Below are positions 27,249-36,317 of a stretch of 64,000 bases of DNA, one piece after another (position 1 is the first letter of the stretch; every line of letters begins with the position of its first letter). This DNA is from an uncultured virus (IMG/VR IMGVR_UViG_3300044843_001040) (taxonomy: Duplodnaviria > Heunggongvirae > Uroviricota > Caudoviricetes). The translations under genes and the position numbers were made by a program. Below the pieces are notes generated by a model. That model saw only the letters and a list, made by a program, of their open reading frames with translations. It did no database searches and was not told the DNA's origin. The DNA lies in IMG/VR virus record IMGVR_UViG_3300044843_001040, positions 1 to 64,000 of that record; one strand, written 5' to 3'.

Positions 27249-27731
27249 TTATCCATCAATCTCTTCGTAAATAGCATCAAATCCATACGTATGATACAAT
27301 ACTTGTATGGCATTTTTTACTTCTGGAAATTTAGATCCATAATTGGTAACAGCATTTTTACCATCATGCACCTCATAAAAAATATCTTGCAAGAGATTAC
27401 TGCCGCAGATTTTTTCTAATCTGTCTAATTCTGAAAGAAGATAATGTAAATTAACCGTGGGAAAACTAATTTCTTCTACCACAGACACTTGAGAGGGTGT
27501 TAAATCTTTTTCTTGATGTATAAATTGCTCTTTATCTAACGCATAACTTTTAGCAAAGTGCACTAAAATTGGGTGATAATTAATAGAATTAGGAATATCA
27601 TGTAGGGTTTCATGACACATGTATTTAACATACATGACAATTCTATTAAATTCGTCAGTATCAATGGTAAAAAACCAATCTTTGGTGCCAAATTTATCAA
27701 ATAATGTGTCAATGCTGGAATTGATATCCAT
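27249..27731 (-). CDS. Hypothetical protein
   Basis: ORF with AAGGA SD and motif A upstream. Confidence 0.7.
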   Translation of the reverse strand: MDINSSIDTLFDKFGTKDWFFTIDTDEFNRIVMYVKYMCHETLHDIPNSINYHPILVHFAKSYALDKEQFIHQEKDLTPSQVSVVEEISFPTVNLHYLLSELDRLEKICGSNLLQDIFYEVHDGKNAVTNYGSKFPEVKNAIQVLYHTYGFDAIYEEIDG

Positions 27732-27744
27732 ATATTTATCCTTA

Positions 27745-27772
27745 GTCTCTACATATAGAGCAATAGAAAGTT
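27745..27772 (-). promoter_or_regulatory. Motif A copy 3
   Basis: gtctctacatatagagcaatagaaagtt, perfect CTCTA/TAGAG inverted repeat. Confidence 0.5.
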
Positions 27773-27787
27773 TTTTAATAAGTTAAA

Positions 27788-28330
27788 TCACTTATTTTTC
27801 AGTGATAAGTGTAATTGTTTACTGGCTAACGCATAATTAGTATAATTACTATTATCCGTCACTTCTTGAACCAAAGTTAAGAATGGAGGGAAACGAATTG
27901 GGTCAGATTTATTAGATAATTCTATCTCTAAAATTGCTAGACCTTTTAATGGTACTTTAAAAATATCTAACTCAAATATCTGATCTTTATATCTAAAAAG
28001 AAACCTAGTTTTATCGATAGATACTTTTTCTGGATGGGCTTGAGTTAAATATTTCTGATATTGGGATAATGAAATCTCTTTTTCTAACTCTTGATGCACG
28101 CCAGTTGCAACTGGCTTTTTTTGATTAAAATGATAAACTGTTTTCTTGTTGTCAGCTAATCCAGCAACCGTTTTTCTGACTCGACCAGATTGTTCTTCGC
28201 CTTTTGGCTTTAAGTAAGTTTGGCAAATTCTTTTAATATCTATTAATCCTTCTAACATAGATGCCAAAGCAGTCCAAGAGGAAGGAAATTTCACTATAAA
28301 TCTTCTCTCTATTTCTAATTTTTTTGACAT
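27788..28330 (-). CDS. CYTH-domain (triphosphate tunnel) protein
   Basis: EIERRF, QTYL, RVRK, IDKTR, FELDIF, ILEIEL, EVTDN.NY.N. Confidence 0.85.
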   Translation of the reverse strand: MSKKLEIERRFIVKFPSSWTALASMLEGLIDIKRICQTYLKPKGEEQSGRVRKTVAGLADNKKTVYHFNQKKPVATGVHQELEKEISLSQYQKYLTQAHPEKVSIDKTRFLFRYKDQIFELDIFKVPLKGLAILEIELSNKSDPIRFPPFLTLVQEVTDNSNYTNYALASKQLHLSLKNK

Positions 28331-28486
28331 ATTATATTGCTAATTAATTGATATCGCTAGCCAACTTTTCCAAGCCTAACCAGGTGCCACCATCGTAATA
28401 AATACGATGGCCCATCTTAAAAAATACGCGAGCCGTGGCACGAGCCACGGACCGTTAACCGGTGGCGGTAATTTTATAAGTTACTG

Positions 28487-28822
28487 TTAGCTCTTGCCTT
28501 TATGATTAGTTGGACTAAAATTAGTAATAATCTCAAACTTAATAGAAGGGGTAGTGGATAAATGATTGCCTAATTGGCAGGATTTACCTTTATGTAAACC
28601 AGAATTATTCTGCCAAAAGTTTAAATATACGGATTTATCTTGTTCAGATTTGAACTTAAGAATAGTAGCTTGAGCCTGTTTGCCGTCGGCAGATTGAACT
28701 CCAGCATATTTAATGGTTGATTCGTTAGCACATTCGGGGCACTCATTAATTTTGCCTCCTGCTAATTTTTTGGCAGGTGAATGTAACTCAAATTCATCGT
28801 GACAGTGAATACAGATTTGCAT
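28487..28822 (-). CDS. Hypothetical Zn-ribbon protein
   Basis: CIHC...CPEC. Confidence 0.65.
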   Translation of the reverse strand: MQICIHCHDEFELHSPAKKLAGGKINECPECANESTIKYAGVQSADGKQAQATILKFKSEQDKSVYLNFWQNNSGLHKGKSCQLGNHLSTTPSIKFEIITNFSPTNHKGKS

Positions 28823-28843
28823 AAATTTTACCTGGAAATAAAA

Positions 28844-29182
28844 ATGAAATTATTTAAATTAAATAATATGACTCGTGGATGGATGGTGGGGCAATTTGAG
28901 CCCCATGTATATCAAAAGGATTATGAATTAGGATTCAAATATTATCAACAAGGGGATTATGAACAATCCCATTGCCATTTAAAAAGCGAAGAAGTGACTA
29001 TTATCTTATTAGGATCCGTCAAGATGAATGACAATATTTACCAGGAGGGCGATATTGTCGTTCAAGAACAAGGCGAATATACTGATTTTGAATGCCTATC
29101 TGAGAGAGCAATTACTGCGGTGTATCGACCTGATGGTTCTTTTCCTCAAGACAAATATGTTAGAGATAACTCCACCGCTTAA
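28844..29182 (+). CDS. Cupin-domain protein
   Basis: RGWMVGQFEP, HCH...E.T...G, GD.....GE cupin motifs; start set at MKLFK. Confidence 0.75.
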   Translation: MKLFKLNNMTRGWMVGQFEPHVYQKDYELGFKYYQQGDYEQSHCHLKSEEVTIILLGSVKMNDNIYQEGDIVVQEQGEYTDFECLSERAITAVYRPDGSFPQDKYVRDNSTA

Positions 29183-29185
29183 AAT

Positions 29186-29213
29186 ATAATAACACCGATC
29201 TGGCCCGTGTCAA
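29186..29213 (-). promoter_or_regulatory. sigma70-like promoter
   Basis: TTGACA-16nt-TATTAT with extended TG and UP-like AT tract; would read antisense through the cupin gene. Confidence 0.55.
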
Positions 29214-29245
29214 GGTCGGCTATTTTATAAAATAAATTTTAAAAA

Positions 29246-29563
29246 TTACCATAAAGCTTTTAGCTTAACTACTCTCAAATATTCTTCTTCTGAATATTCT
29301 TTATTTTGAAGGTACCATCTTTTAGTACCATTAGCTAATTCTACCGCTGGACCATTTTCTCGATGACATCGATCATGAAGATACCAATATTTATCTCCAT
29401 TAGAACATTCTATTGCGGGACCATTCTCTCGATGGCGTTGACCATGAAGCAACCAAAATTTATCTCCATTATAGAATTCTATCGCTGGACCATCTTCTCG
29501 ATGAAGATTTCCATTACAATAATATTTTTTCTTGCCATTGTTATCTGTTTTAATTTCTTGCAT
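29246..29563 (-). CDS. HREDGPA-repeat family protein
   Basis: 3 repeats + tail. Confidence 0.85.
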   Translation of the reverse strand: MQEIKTDNNGKKKYYCNGNLHREDGPAIEFYNGDKFWLLHGQRHRENGPAIECSNGDKYWYLHDRCHRENGPAVELANGTKRWYLQNKEYSEEEYLRVVKLKALW

Positions 29564-29566
29564 ATT

Positions 29567-29884
29567 TCACCACAAAGCTTTCAACTTAACTAATCGCCAA
29601 TATTCTTCTTCTGTATATTTTTTACCTTGAAGGAACCACGCTTTATAGCCATCAACATGATCTGCTGCTGGGCCATCTTCTCGATGACATTTGCCATGAA
29701 ACCACCATTCTTTACTACCATTACCATATTCTACTGCCGGGCCATCGTCTCGATGAAGACGACCATGACGATACCAATATTTATTTCCATTAGCATATTC
29801 TACGGCTGGACCAGCTTCTCGATGGAGTTGACCATTATAAGAATAAAATTTATTACCATATTTATCTGTTGTAATTTTTTCCAT
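29567..29884 (-). CDS. HREDGPA-repeat family protein
   Basis: 3 repeats + tail. Confidence 0.85.
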   Translation of the reverse strand: MEKITTDKYGNKFYSYNGQLHREAGPAVEYANGNKYWYRHGRLHRDDGPAVEYGNGSKEWWFHGKCHREDGPAADHVDGYKAWFLQGKKYTEEEYWRLVKLKALW

Positions 29885-29887
29885 ACT

Positions 29888-29920
29888 TCACCATAAAAAT
29901 TTAAGCTTTACTGTTCGCCA
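29888..29920 (-). pseudogene. Orphaned C-terminal tail of a HREDGPA paralog
   Basis: Encodes WRTVKLKFLW-stop immediately after the stop of ORF 29926-30897. Confidence 0.75.
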
Positions 29921-29925
29921 ATCTA

Positions 29926-30897
29926 TCAACCGGGCCAAGGATACGAAAGAATAACTTCTAATTTAGCCAGCATATCACTATTCAAATCTTTTGGCAATTC
30001 AGCATAATAAATGCCCGGCCAACAACCCGTCGTTTTCTCTAAAAGATTTGCCATATGACGTAAAGAATCAATAGTTCTTTTTCTCAATTCATCATGTCCT
30101 AAAGTTTGAACTAAATTCCTAAATTTATCTTCCTTATTTGCATGAGCTAATTTTTGTGATTTACACAATTGTAGCCAAAAAACTAATTCTTTATCATTAG
30201 AAAGCTCTGCTTTCTCTATCAGAAAATTTAATTGATTAAATCCAGACTCTTCTTTAGAGACATATGGAGTCTCCGAACTTTCCTTTACCTCTTGAAAGTG
30301 ATCAAGTAATTTTGATATGTCTTGTGACGAGCGTCCTCGTCTAGCATATTCTTCTCTAATTTTTAGATAAAAATTTTGATAAGTAGATATTTTAGATCGA
30401 TAAGGAGCGGTTAAATTAATCATCATATACATGGTACCAGTATCTACTAGAGATAGATCTAAGTCTGAGAAAAGAGAATTAATAGCTGAAAAATTCTTTT
30501 GCTCCAACAATTTGGAGATAAAAAAATATGCTTGGTCAGCGCCTCCTTCTTTTAAATTAAGACATTGATAATATAAATTATTTAAAAATTCTTTTGACAT
30601 GTTATTACCTAATTTGCCATATTCTTCTTCTGTATATTCTTTACCATGAAGAAAAAATTTACCTTCATGATCTATAGCCGGACCATTTGTTCGATGTAAT
30701 TTTCCATGAAAATACCACCATTCTTTATGGCCACTGGCTAACTCTATTGCTGGCCCATCCACTCGATGATATTTACCATGAAAAAACCACTCTTTATCTC
30801 CATTAACAAATTCTATCGCAGGGCCATCTTCTCGATGTAACTTATCATTCCAATAATAATATTTATTTCCACCTTGATCTATCTTAATTTCTTGCAT
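29926..30897 (-). CDS. Fusion of a HREDGPA-repeat N-terminus and an unrelated ~224 aa domain (own ATG at 30600)
   Basis: 3 repeats up to YTEEEY, then unrelated sequence beginning MSKEFLNN. Confidence 0.75.
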   Translation of the reverse strand: MQEIKIDQGGNKYYYWNDKLHREDGPAIEFVNGDKEWFFHGKYHRVDGPAIELASGHKEWWYFHGKLHRTNGPAIDHEGKFFLHGKEYTEEEYGKLGNNMSKEFLNNLYYQCLNLKEGGADQAYFFISKLLEQKNFSAINSLFSDLDLSLVDTGTMYMMINLTAPYRSKISTYQNFYLKIREEYARRGRSSQDISKLLDHFQEVKESSETPYVSKEESGFNQLNFLIEKAELSNDKELVFWLQLCKSQKLAHANKEDKFRNLVQTLGHDELRKRTIDSLRHMANLLEKTTGCWPGIYYAELPKDLNSDMLAKLEVILSYPWPG

Positions 30898-30900
30898 ATT

Positions 30901-31284
30901 TCACCACAAAGCTTGTAATTTAACTACTCGCCAAAACTCTTCTTTAGAATATTGTTTACCTTGAAGATACCACCTTTTAGTGCCATTAGCTAATTCTACA
31001 GCTGAGCCATCTTCTCGATGATAAATACCATTAATAAGCCATATTTTAGTTCCACCAATATTATCTACGGCTGGACCGTCTTCTCGATGACGTTGGTCAT
31101 GAATCCACCACTCTGTATCTCCATTAATTCGCTCTATGGCTGGACCATCTGTTCGATGTAGTTGACCATGAAGATACCAAGATTTATCTCCATTAGCCCA
31201 TTCTACTGCAGGCCCGTCTTCTCGATGATAAACTCCATCGACCATCCAAAAAATATCTCCCTCATCATTTGTATACTTTACCAT
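30901..31284 (-). CDS. HREDGPA-repeat family protein
   Basis: 4 repeats + tail. Confidence 0.85.
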   Translation of the reverse strand: MVKYTNDEGDIFWMVDGVYHREDGPAVEWANGDKSWYLHGQLHRTDGPAIERINGDTEWWIHDQRHREDGPAVDNIGGTKIWLINGIYHREDGSAVELANGTKRWYLQGKQYSKEEFWRVVKLQALW

Positions 31285-31664
31285 AAAGCTTTTAACTTAA
31301 CTACTCGCCAATAGTCTTCTTCTGAATATTTCTTTTCTTGCAACCAATATTCTTTAATTCCATCAGCATATTCTATGGCCGGGCCATCTTCTCGATGGAT
31401 TTCACCATGAAGAAACCAATATTTCGTTCCATTAGCGCGCTCTACTGCCGGTCCATCTTCCCGATGGAGTTTACCGTAAACCCACCATTCTTTAATAGAA
31501 TTATAAGTAAATTTTACTGCGGGACCATCTGTTCGATGCAGTTTGCCATGAAGATACCATTCTGTACTTCCGTCATTATTCTCTATAGCTGGACCATCTT
31601 CTCGATGTAATCGACCATTAAAGAAATAATGTTTACCATATTTATTTGTTTTTATTTCTTGCAT
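31278..31664 (-). CDS. HREDGPA-repeat family protein
   Basis: 4 repeats + tail. Confidence 0.85.
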   Translation of the reverse strand: MQEIKTNKYGKHYFFNGRLHREDGPAIENNDGSTEWYLHGKLHRTDGPAVKFTYNSIKEWWVYGKLHREDGPAVERANGTKYWFLHGEIHREDGPAIEYADGIKEYWLQEKKYSEEDYWRVVKLKALW

Positions 31665-31667
31665 ACT

Positions 31668-31982
31668 TTACCATAAAGCTTTTAATTTAACTATTCTCCA
31701 ATAGTCTTTTTCGGTATATTCTTTACCTTGAAGAAACCAATATTTGTTTCCAACAACCCATTCTATGGCAGGACCATCTTCTCGATGTAATTGACCGTGA
31801 AGATACCATTCTTTATTTCCATTAACCCATTCTAATGCTGGACCATTTGTTCGATGTAGTTTACCATGTAAACGCCATTCTTTATATCCACTAGGTTCTT
31901 CTAACGCCGGCCCATCTTCTCGATGTAAGTTCCCATTATAACAATAATATTTACCCCATTTATTTTCTTTAATTTCTTGCAT
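31668..31982 (-). CDS. HREDGPA-repeat family protein
   Basis: 3 repeats + tail. Confidence 0.85.
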   Translation of the reverse strand: MQEIKENKWGKYYCYNGNLHREDGPALEEPSGYKEWRLHGKLHRTNGPALEWVNGNKEWYLHGQLHREDGPAIEWVVGNKYWFLQGKEYTEKDYWRIVKLKALW

Positions 31983-31986
31983 AACT

Positions 31987-32337
31987 TTACCATAAAGTTT
32001 TCAACTTAACTAGTCTCCAATATTTTTTTTCTGAAGAAATTTTATTATCTTGTATAAACCATGATTTTCCGCCATCAGGCCATTCAATAGCGGGGCCATC
32101 TGATCGATGAAGTTGACCATAAAGATACCAACATTTAACTCCATTAGCGTATACTACTGCAGGTCCATCTTCTCGATGAAGATGGCCATGAAGACACCAA
32201 TGTTTTTCTCCACTGCTAAATTCTCTCGCCGGACCATCTTCTCGATGAACAAGATTATTCGCATAATATTCTTTAATTAGAATACCATTATAAAGGCTCC
32301 ACCTATATATTCTGATCCATTTATTGTTCATGGTCAA
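31987..32337 (-). CDS. HREDGPA-repeat family protein
   Basis: 3 repeats + tail, divergent N-terminus. Confidence 0.82.
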   Translation of the reverse strand: MTMNNKWIRIYRWSLYNGILIKEYYANNLVHREDGPAREFSSGEKHWCLHGHLHREDGPAVVYANGVKCWYLYGQLHRSDGPAIEWPDGGKSWFIQDNKISSEKKYWRLVKLKTLW

Positions 32338-33373
32338 TTACATTTCTTTTATTACTATCTCTTTTCAAAAAAGCCACATAACTCTCTTTAAGAGAGAATT
32401 TCTCCGCAATTTGCCGATGAGTTAAATGCTCAAACAAAGAGTCAATCTCTTGAATCAAGGATTCGCTAACCATTTTAGGCTTCCTAAACCCGTTAAAATT
32501 TTTAGCCCTCTCTACGGGATACAGGGTTTTTAATTGTTGATAATAACCAATTTTTCTTAATCTAGAAACTAATCCCCAAGCCGACACATTCAAATGCTGA
32601 GCCGTCAACTTAAACGATCCGTGATAAGAACAAACTAAATTAAATAATTCCTGATCACCTGGCCAATCTTTAATAGGCAACTTATTAAAACTTAATAACT
32701 TGTCTGGCGACCAACGAGACTCATAATGGTTAATAATTTCAAAAGCTTGAGCCTTCTTTCTATCTAAACTAAAACAATCTGGTTGATAATAAATATGTTT
32801 TAATAATTTATATGCATTCAAATTTACGATAGATAGCCTATACATTTGAGTAGTAGAACTAGCTGCTTGACCATTAATAGTGGTAGTAATCCAAGGCGTT
32901 TCCTTGAGAGAAAGAGTAAAACCTAAAGTTGAATTAAGATAATCTTTGACTCCATTAATTAAATGGAAGGATGCCGAGTCAAATCTAATCATCGGAGATT
33001 TGTAAAATCCAATGCTTCCATCTCCATCTAATAACCCTCGAATCAAATCTGGATAATATTTTTCTGGTATAGTTGGAAACTTGACTATTTTAGTTTTATT
33101 CGGGACGCAACCATAAGAGACTAACCACTCAGCAATCGCTTGGCAATTAAAACTTAATTTAAAACAATTAGAATTTTTAATTTTGACTAGCGATTTAGTA
33201 GGGCATACTAACTTAGCAATAGCGTGCAATAAGGACACATCAATTGATTTGATGGAAACCTCATATCCATGCTTCAGATATACATTACCATCCGTAATGT
33301 ACAATCCCAAAAAATAAAAGGATAAAGCTGTTTCATCGGTAAAAATATTAGGATAATAGGTATATCTCATCAT
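32321..33373 (-). CDS. LAGLIDADG homing endonuclease-like protein
   Basis: YFLGLYITDGNV and LIRGLLDGDGSI motifs; C-terminal HTH-like region. Confidence 0.85.
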   Translation of the reverse strand: MMRYTYYPNIFTDETALSFYFLGLYITDGNVYLKHGYEVSIKSIDVSLLHAIAKLVCPTKSLVKIKNSNCFKLSFNCQAIAEWLVSYGCVPNKTKIVKFPTIPEKYYPDLIRGLLDGDGSIGFYKSPMIRFDSASFHLINGVKDYLNSTLGFTLSLKETPWITTTINGQAASSTTQMYRLSIVNLNAYKLLKHIYYQPDCFSLDRKKAQAFEIINHYESRWSPDKLLSFNKLPIKDWPGDQELFNLVCSYHGSFKLTAQHLNVSAWGLVSRLRKIGYYQQLKTLYPVERAKNFNGFRKPKMVSESLIQEIDSLFEHLTHRQIAEKFSLKESYVAFLKRDSNKRNVIDHEQ

Positions 33374-33384
33374 GAGATGCTATA

Positions 33385-33909
33385 TCACTGATATTTTTTC
33401 TTATAATATTCAGATGAGAGGAAAGGTTGTTGGGGAAGTTTGCGGATGAGTCGGAGCTGGAGCTGTCTGCTATAACGCCCCGCACACAGCCTGCTACAAA
33501 ATGGCCCAGCTCGCTTCTTCTTCGCCTTATCCCTCAACAACCTGGGACTTCTCTCAAATTCCTTATCACACAAGGCGCACTTCAATTTAACCAATTTCAC
33601 CCGACGAGTATCATCTGCCGAATGCTGATCCCGAGGAACCAATCTTAAATTCGATAAATCATTATTTAAATAATTGGAATCCCAATGATCTACGGTTTCT
33701 AAATCGGGGTCTAAAGTTCGACCTAAATGTTCTTCCATTAAGAATTTAGGATAGCTAACAGTTCTCCGAGAACCGTCTTCTTCTACGACAATGACAATTT
33801 GTCGACCATCTAAACGATGGTACGGGCCATACACTTTACTAGCTTGGGCTAATAAATAATAGCTATCAATCTCTTCTAGCAGGGCTCCATATTTAGATAA
33901 ATTGCTCAT
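33385..33909 (-). CDS. HNH endonuclease-like protein with Zn finger
   Basis: LMEEHLGRTL...VDHWDSNYLNNDLSNLRL..RDQH; CALC...FCSRLC; start set at ATG 33909. Confidence 0.75.
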   Translation of the reverse strand: MSNLSKYGALLEEIDSYYLLAQASKVYGPYHRLDGRQIVIVVEEDGSRRTVSYPKFLMEEHLGRTLDPDLETVDHWDSNYLNNDLSNLRLVPRDQHSADDTRRVKLVKLKCALCDKEFERSPRLLRDKAKKKRAGPFCSRLCAGRYSRQLQLRLIRKLPQQPFLSSEYYKKKYQ

Positions 33910-33945
33910 GCCTATATATGGCAAACTATTAGTTAGTCGGCGCCC

Positions 33946-33979
33946 GTCTCCACGTATGGAGCAATTAGAACTTATGTCA
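33946..33979 (-). promoter_or_regulatory. Motif A copy 4
   Basis: gtctccacgtatggagcaattagaacttatgtca, perfect CTCCA/TGGAG inverted repeat. Confidence 0.55.
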
Positions 33980-34014
33980 GACAACGGGTCCTCTCAGAGA
34001 TCTAGTCAGACAGG
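33978..34014 (-). pseudogene. 5' half of a tRNA-Tyr-like gene truncated in the anticodon
   Basis: Close copy of 44275-44311; flanking sequence and promoter also shared. Confidence 0.7.
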
Positions 34015-34034
34015 ATAATTTCCCAGAGTGGTAT

Positions 34035-34062
34035 AATATAACCTCAAAGTAAAGATTGTCAA
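34035..34062 (-). promoter_or_regulatory. sigma70-like promoter (paralog of 44367-44394)
   Basis: TTGACA-atctttactttgaggt-TATTAT. Confidence 0.65.
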
Positions 34063-34081
34063 GGGCTAAACTAATCCCCAA

Positions 34082-34783
34082 TTATTTAGATTTTTTATCT
34101 GCTGCATCCATTTGCTTGCAAATTTTGTTGGCCCAAGATCTCCCCGGATCACCTCCCCAGATCAGCCAAGCAATATAACCTTTATCTTGAGTTAAAGGTT
34201 TTCCATCGCTGGCGCCTTTATTCTTTTCGTGTCGATCAAAAAAAGATTTCATTCGACGAACGGTGGAAGGACTTAAAGTTTGTCTATTTTTCAGCGACAC
34301 TGCTCTAGCTACACCAGAACCAATTCCTTGGGCTCCAGCTTGCTGGGTACTTAAACCGCCTTTTCCTTTATTTTTCTTACGTAATTCTAAACCACGAGCA
34401 GCGGCATTAGCCACGGCTTCAGAGGGTTTGAAATCAATATGGTCATATTTCCCGGCGGCATATTTAACTAAATCATGCAATTGATAAGCATTCTTTTCTG
34501 TTTCTCCATGGGAGGACTTTTCTGCTCTGACATAATTTAGAATTTTAGTCACATTAAATTTAGCTAATGCAATAAATTCATCGGCCCATTGAGGTAAATC
34601 ATCTTGATCATTTAATAATTCTAATAATTCATTTGCGTCTTTAACGATATTTTTTAAATTATTAAAAGCCATATAAGAGACCGGAGAAACTCCTTCATGC
34701 TCTTCTAAGACGGTATCTGGATTAATTTTGGCTAATTTATCTTCAATGTGTTGGGCTAACTTAAATAATTTACTGGTACTCAT
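34082..34783 (-). CDS. Conserved phage-type hypothetical protein
   Basis: C-terminal A.RGLELR...GVARA...RMKSFFDRH...GYIAWLIWGGD.G.SWA domain of a kind recurrent in phage proteins. Confidence 0.7.
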   Translation of the reverse strand: MSTSKLFKLAQHIEDKLAKINPDTVLEEHEGVSPVSYMAFNNLKNIVKDANELLELLNDQDDLPQWADEFIALAKFNVTKILNYVRAEKSSHGETEKNAYQLHDLVKYAAGKYDHIDFKPSEAVANAAARGLELRKKNKGKGGLSTQQAGAQGIGSGVARAVSLKNRQTLSPSTVRRMKSFFDRHEKNKGASDGKPLTQDKGYIAWLIWGGDPGRSWANKICKQMDAADKKSK

Positions 34784-34812
34784 GTAAAATATGAGTAACT
34801 ATTAATAGATAG

Positions 34813-34886
34813 TGGTTCGGGTTTAGAGAATCGAACTCCAATTCGAGGATTCAAAGTCCTCTGTCCTACCGTTGAACGAAACCCGA
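34813..34886 (-). tRNA. tRNA-Gln(UUG)
   Basis: Acceptor TCGGGTT/AACCCGA, anticodon arm GAGGA-CT TTG AA-TCCTC, GTTCGATT, CCA. Confidence 0.9.
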
Positions 34887-34938
34887 ATAAAGTAACAATC
34901 TTAATATAACACGCGACTAATGTTAATATTTCAAAAAA

Positions 34939-35394
34939 TTACCATAAAGCTTTAAGTTTAATCATTTGCCAATATTCTTGTTCTGAATATCTTTTATCTT
35001 GAAGAAACCAATACTTATTTCCATTAGTGCCTTCTACTGCTGGTCCATCTTCTCGATGGAATTTACCATGACGGTACCACTCTTTATGGCCATTAGCATT
35101 TTCTAATGCTGGACCATCAACTCGATGTAGTTTGTCATGAAGATACCAATGTTTAGATCCATGAGCATATTCTACTGCCGGACCATCTTCTCGATGACGT
35201 TGACCATGAAGATACCATTCTTTACTTCCATCAGAATATTCTACCGCTGGACCGTCTTCTCGATGTTGTTGGTCATTAATAAACCAATATTTTTCCCCAT
35301 TAATAGACTCTATTGCCGGACCGTCTTCTCGATGCAATTTACCATTGCAATAATATCTTTTAGTTCCGTCTTTATCAACCTTAATTTCTTGCAT
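34939..35394 (-). CDS. HREDGPA-repeat family protein
   Basis: 5 repeats + tail. Confidence 0.85.
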   Translation of the reverse strand: MQEIKVDKDGTKRYYCNGKLHREDGPAIESINGEKYWFINDQQHREDGPAVEYSDGSKEWYLHGQRHREDGPAVEYAHGSKHWYLHDKLHRVDGPALENANGHKEWYRHGKFHREDGPAVEGTNGNKYWFLQDKRYSEQEYWQMIKLKALW

Positions 35395-35397
35395 ACT

Positions 35398-35712
35398 TTA
35401 CCACAAAGCTTTCAACTTAACTAATCGCCAATAAGATTCTTCTAAGTAGAATTTCCCATGCAGATAAAATGCTTTGGCGCCATTTTGTTGTTCAATCGCT
35501 GGCCCATCTTCTCGATGGAGCTGCCCCTGATAATACCATAATTTATGTGTTTTTTTAACAATTGCCGGCCCGTCCTCTCTATGAGGTAGACCATACATCC
35601 AATATTCTTGTTCTCCATTGTAATATTCTACCGCTGGACCATCTTCTCGGTGTGGCTGATTATTCCAATAATAATATTGGGATCCATTTTTCTCTGTTAT
35701 AATTTTTTGCAT
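35398..35712 (-). CDS. HREDGPA-repeat family protein
   Basis: 3 repeats + tail. Confidence 0.85.
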   Translation of the reverse strand: MQKIITEKNGSQYYYWNNQPHREDGPAVEYYNGEQEYWMYGLPHREDGPAIVKKTHKLWYYQGQLHREDGPAIEQQNGAKAFYLHGKFYLEESYWRLVKLKALW

Positions 35713-35716
35713 TATG

Positions 35717-35880
35717 TTACCAGAAAGCTTTTAATTTAACTAAACGCCAATATATTTTTTCAGAATAATTTTTACCTTGAAGGTACCAATATTTACGATC
35801 TTTATAGCAGAAAGCCAACCACTTTAGTGGTTGGACCATTAGCAAATTCTATGGCAGATCCATTCTCTCGATGGAGTTAT
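35717..35880 (-). pseudogene. 5'-truncated HREDGPA paralog containing an IS-end fragment
   Basis: LHRENGSAIEFANG / ~40 nt insert / KYWYLQGKNYSEKIYWRLVKLKAFW. Confidence 0.75.
35796..35835 (+). mobile_element. Remnant left end of an IS200/IS605-family element
   Basis: GATCTTTATAGCAGAAAG-CCAACCAC-TTTA-GTGGTTGG-A resembles left ends of intact elements in this window. Confidence 0.55.
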
Positions 35881-36294
35881 TCAATTGACAGTAGCAAAAG
35901 CATATTTTATTTTGCCAGTAAAGGTAACATATACGCATCCTTTTAAGGATGCTCCGTCATCTACCGCAGTATTCATAAAAGTAAAGACCAATAAATTATC
36001 TATTTTATCACTGGCTTTTATTTCTCGAAGATCCCAATACTCTGACTTATGAGCTTCCGTTTGTAAGAAATTAGCTTTATCAACATCTGTTTCTAACAAT
36101 TTAGCATAATTGTTATGTGGAGCAATATTAATAATTTGCTCGGCTAATTTAGCCGCATTAGCTGCTACATTGGCAGATAATTTATTAGTTAAATCCTCAA
36201 TGGTAATTCCTAATACTTCTTGTATAATAGAAGAGATATCTTCCTTTTTTGTTTCCGCCCCTAATCCTAAATCTGAAAAATTTTCAATAGCCAT
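35881..36294 (-). CDS. Hypothetical protein
   Basis: ORF in run. Confidence 0.65.
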   Translation of the reverse strand: MAIENFSDLGLGAETKKEDISSIIQEVLGITIEDLTNKLSANVAANAAKLAEQIINIAPHNNYAKLLETDVDKANFLQTEAHKSEYWDLREIKASDKIDNLLVFTFMNTAVDDGASLKGCVYVTFTGKIKYAFATVN

Positions 36295-36317
36295 ACTTAC
36301 CTGTTAATTATCCTTAA

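Noticed and set aside
28344..28470. 23-codon ORF MGHRIYYDGGTWLGLEKLASDIN and GC-rich hairpin CCGTGGC-ACGA-GCCACGG
   Set aside because: Single occurrence, no clear ribosome-binding site; may be a terminator or gene remnant, with too little support to call.
32321..33980. Group I intron in tRNA-Tyr carrying the HNH and LAGLIDADG genes
   Set aside because: No 3' tRNA exon or recognisable intron core downstream; the LAGLIDADG gene overlaps the next repeat gene directly.
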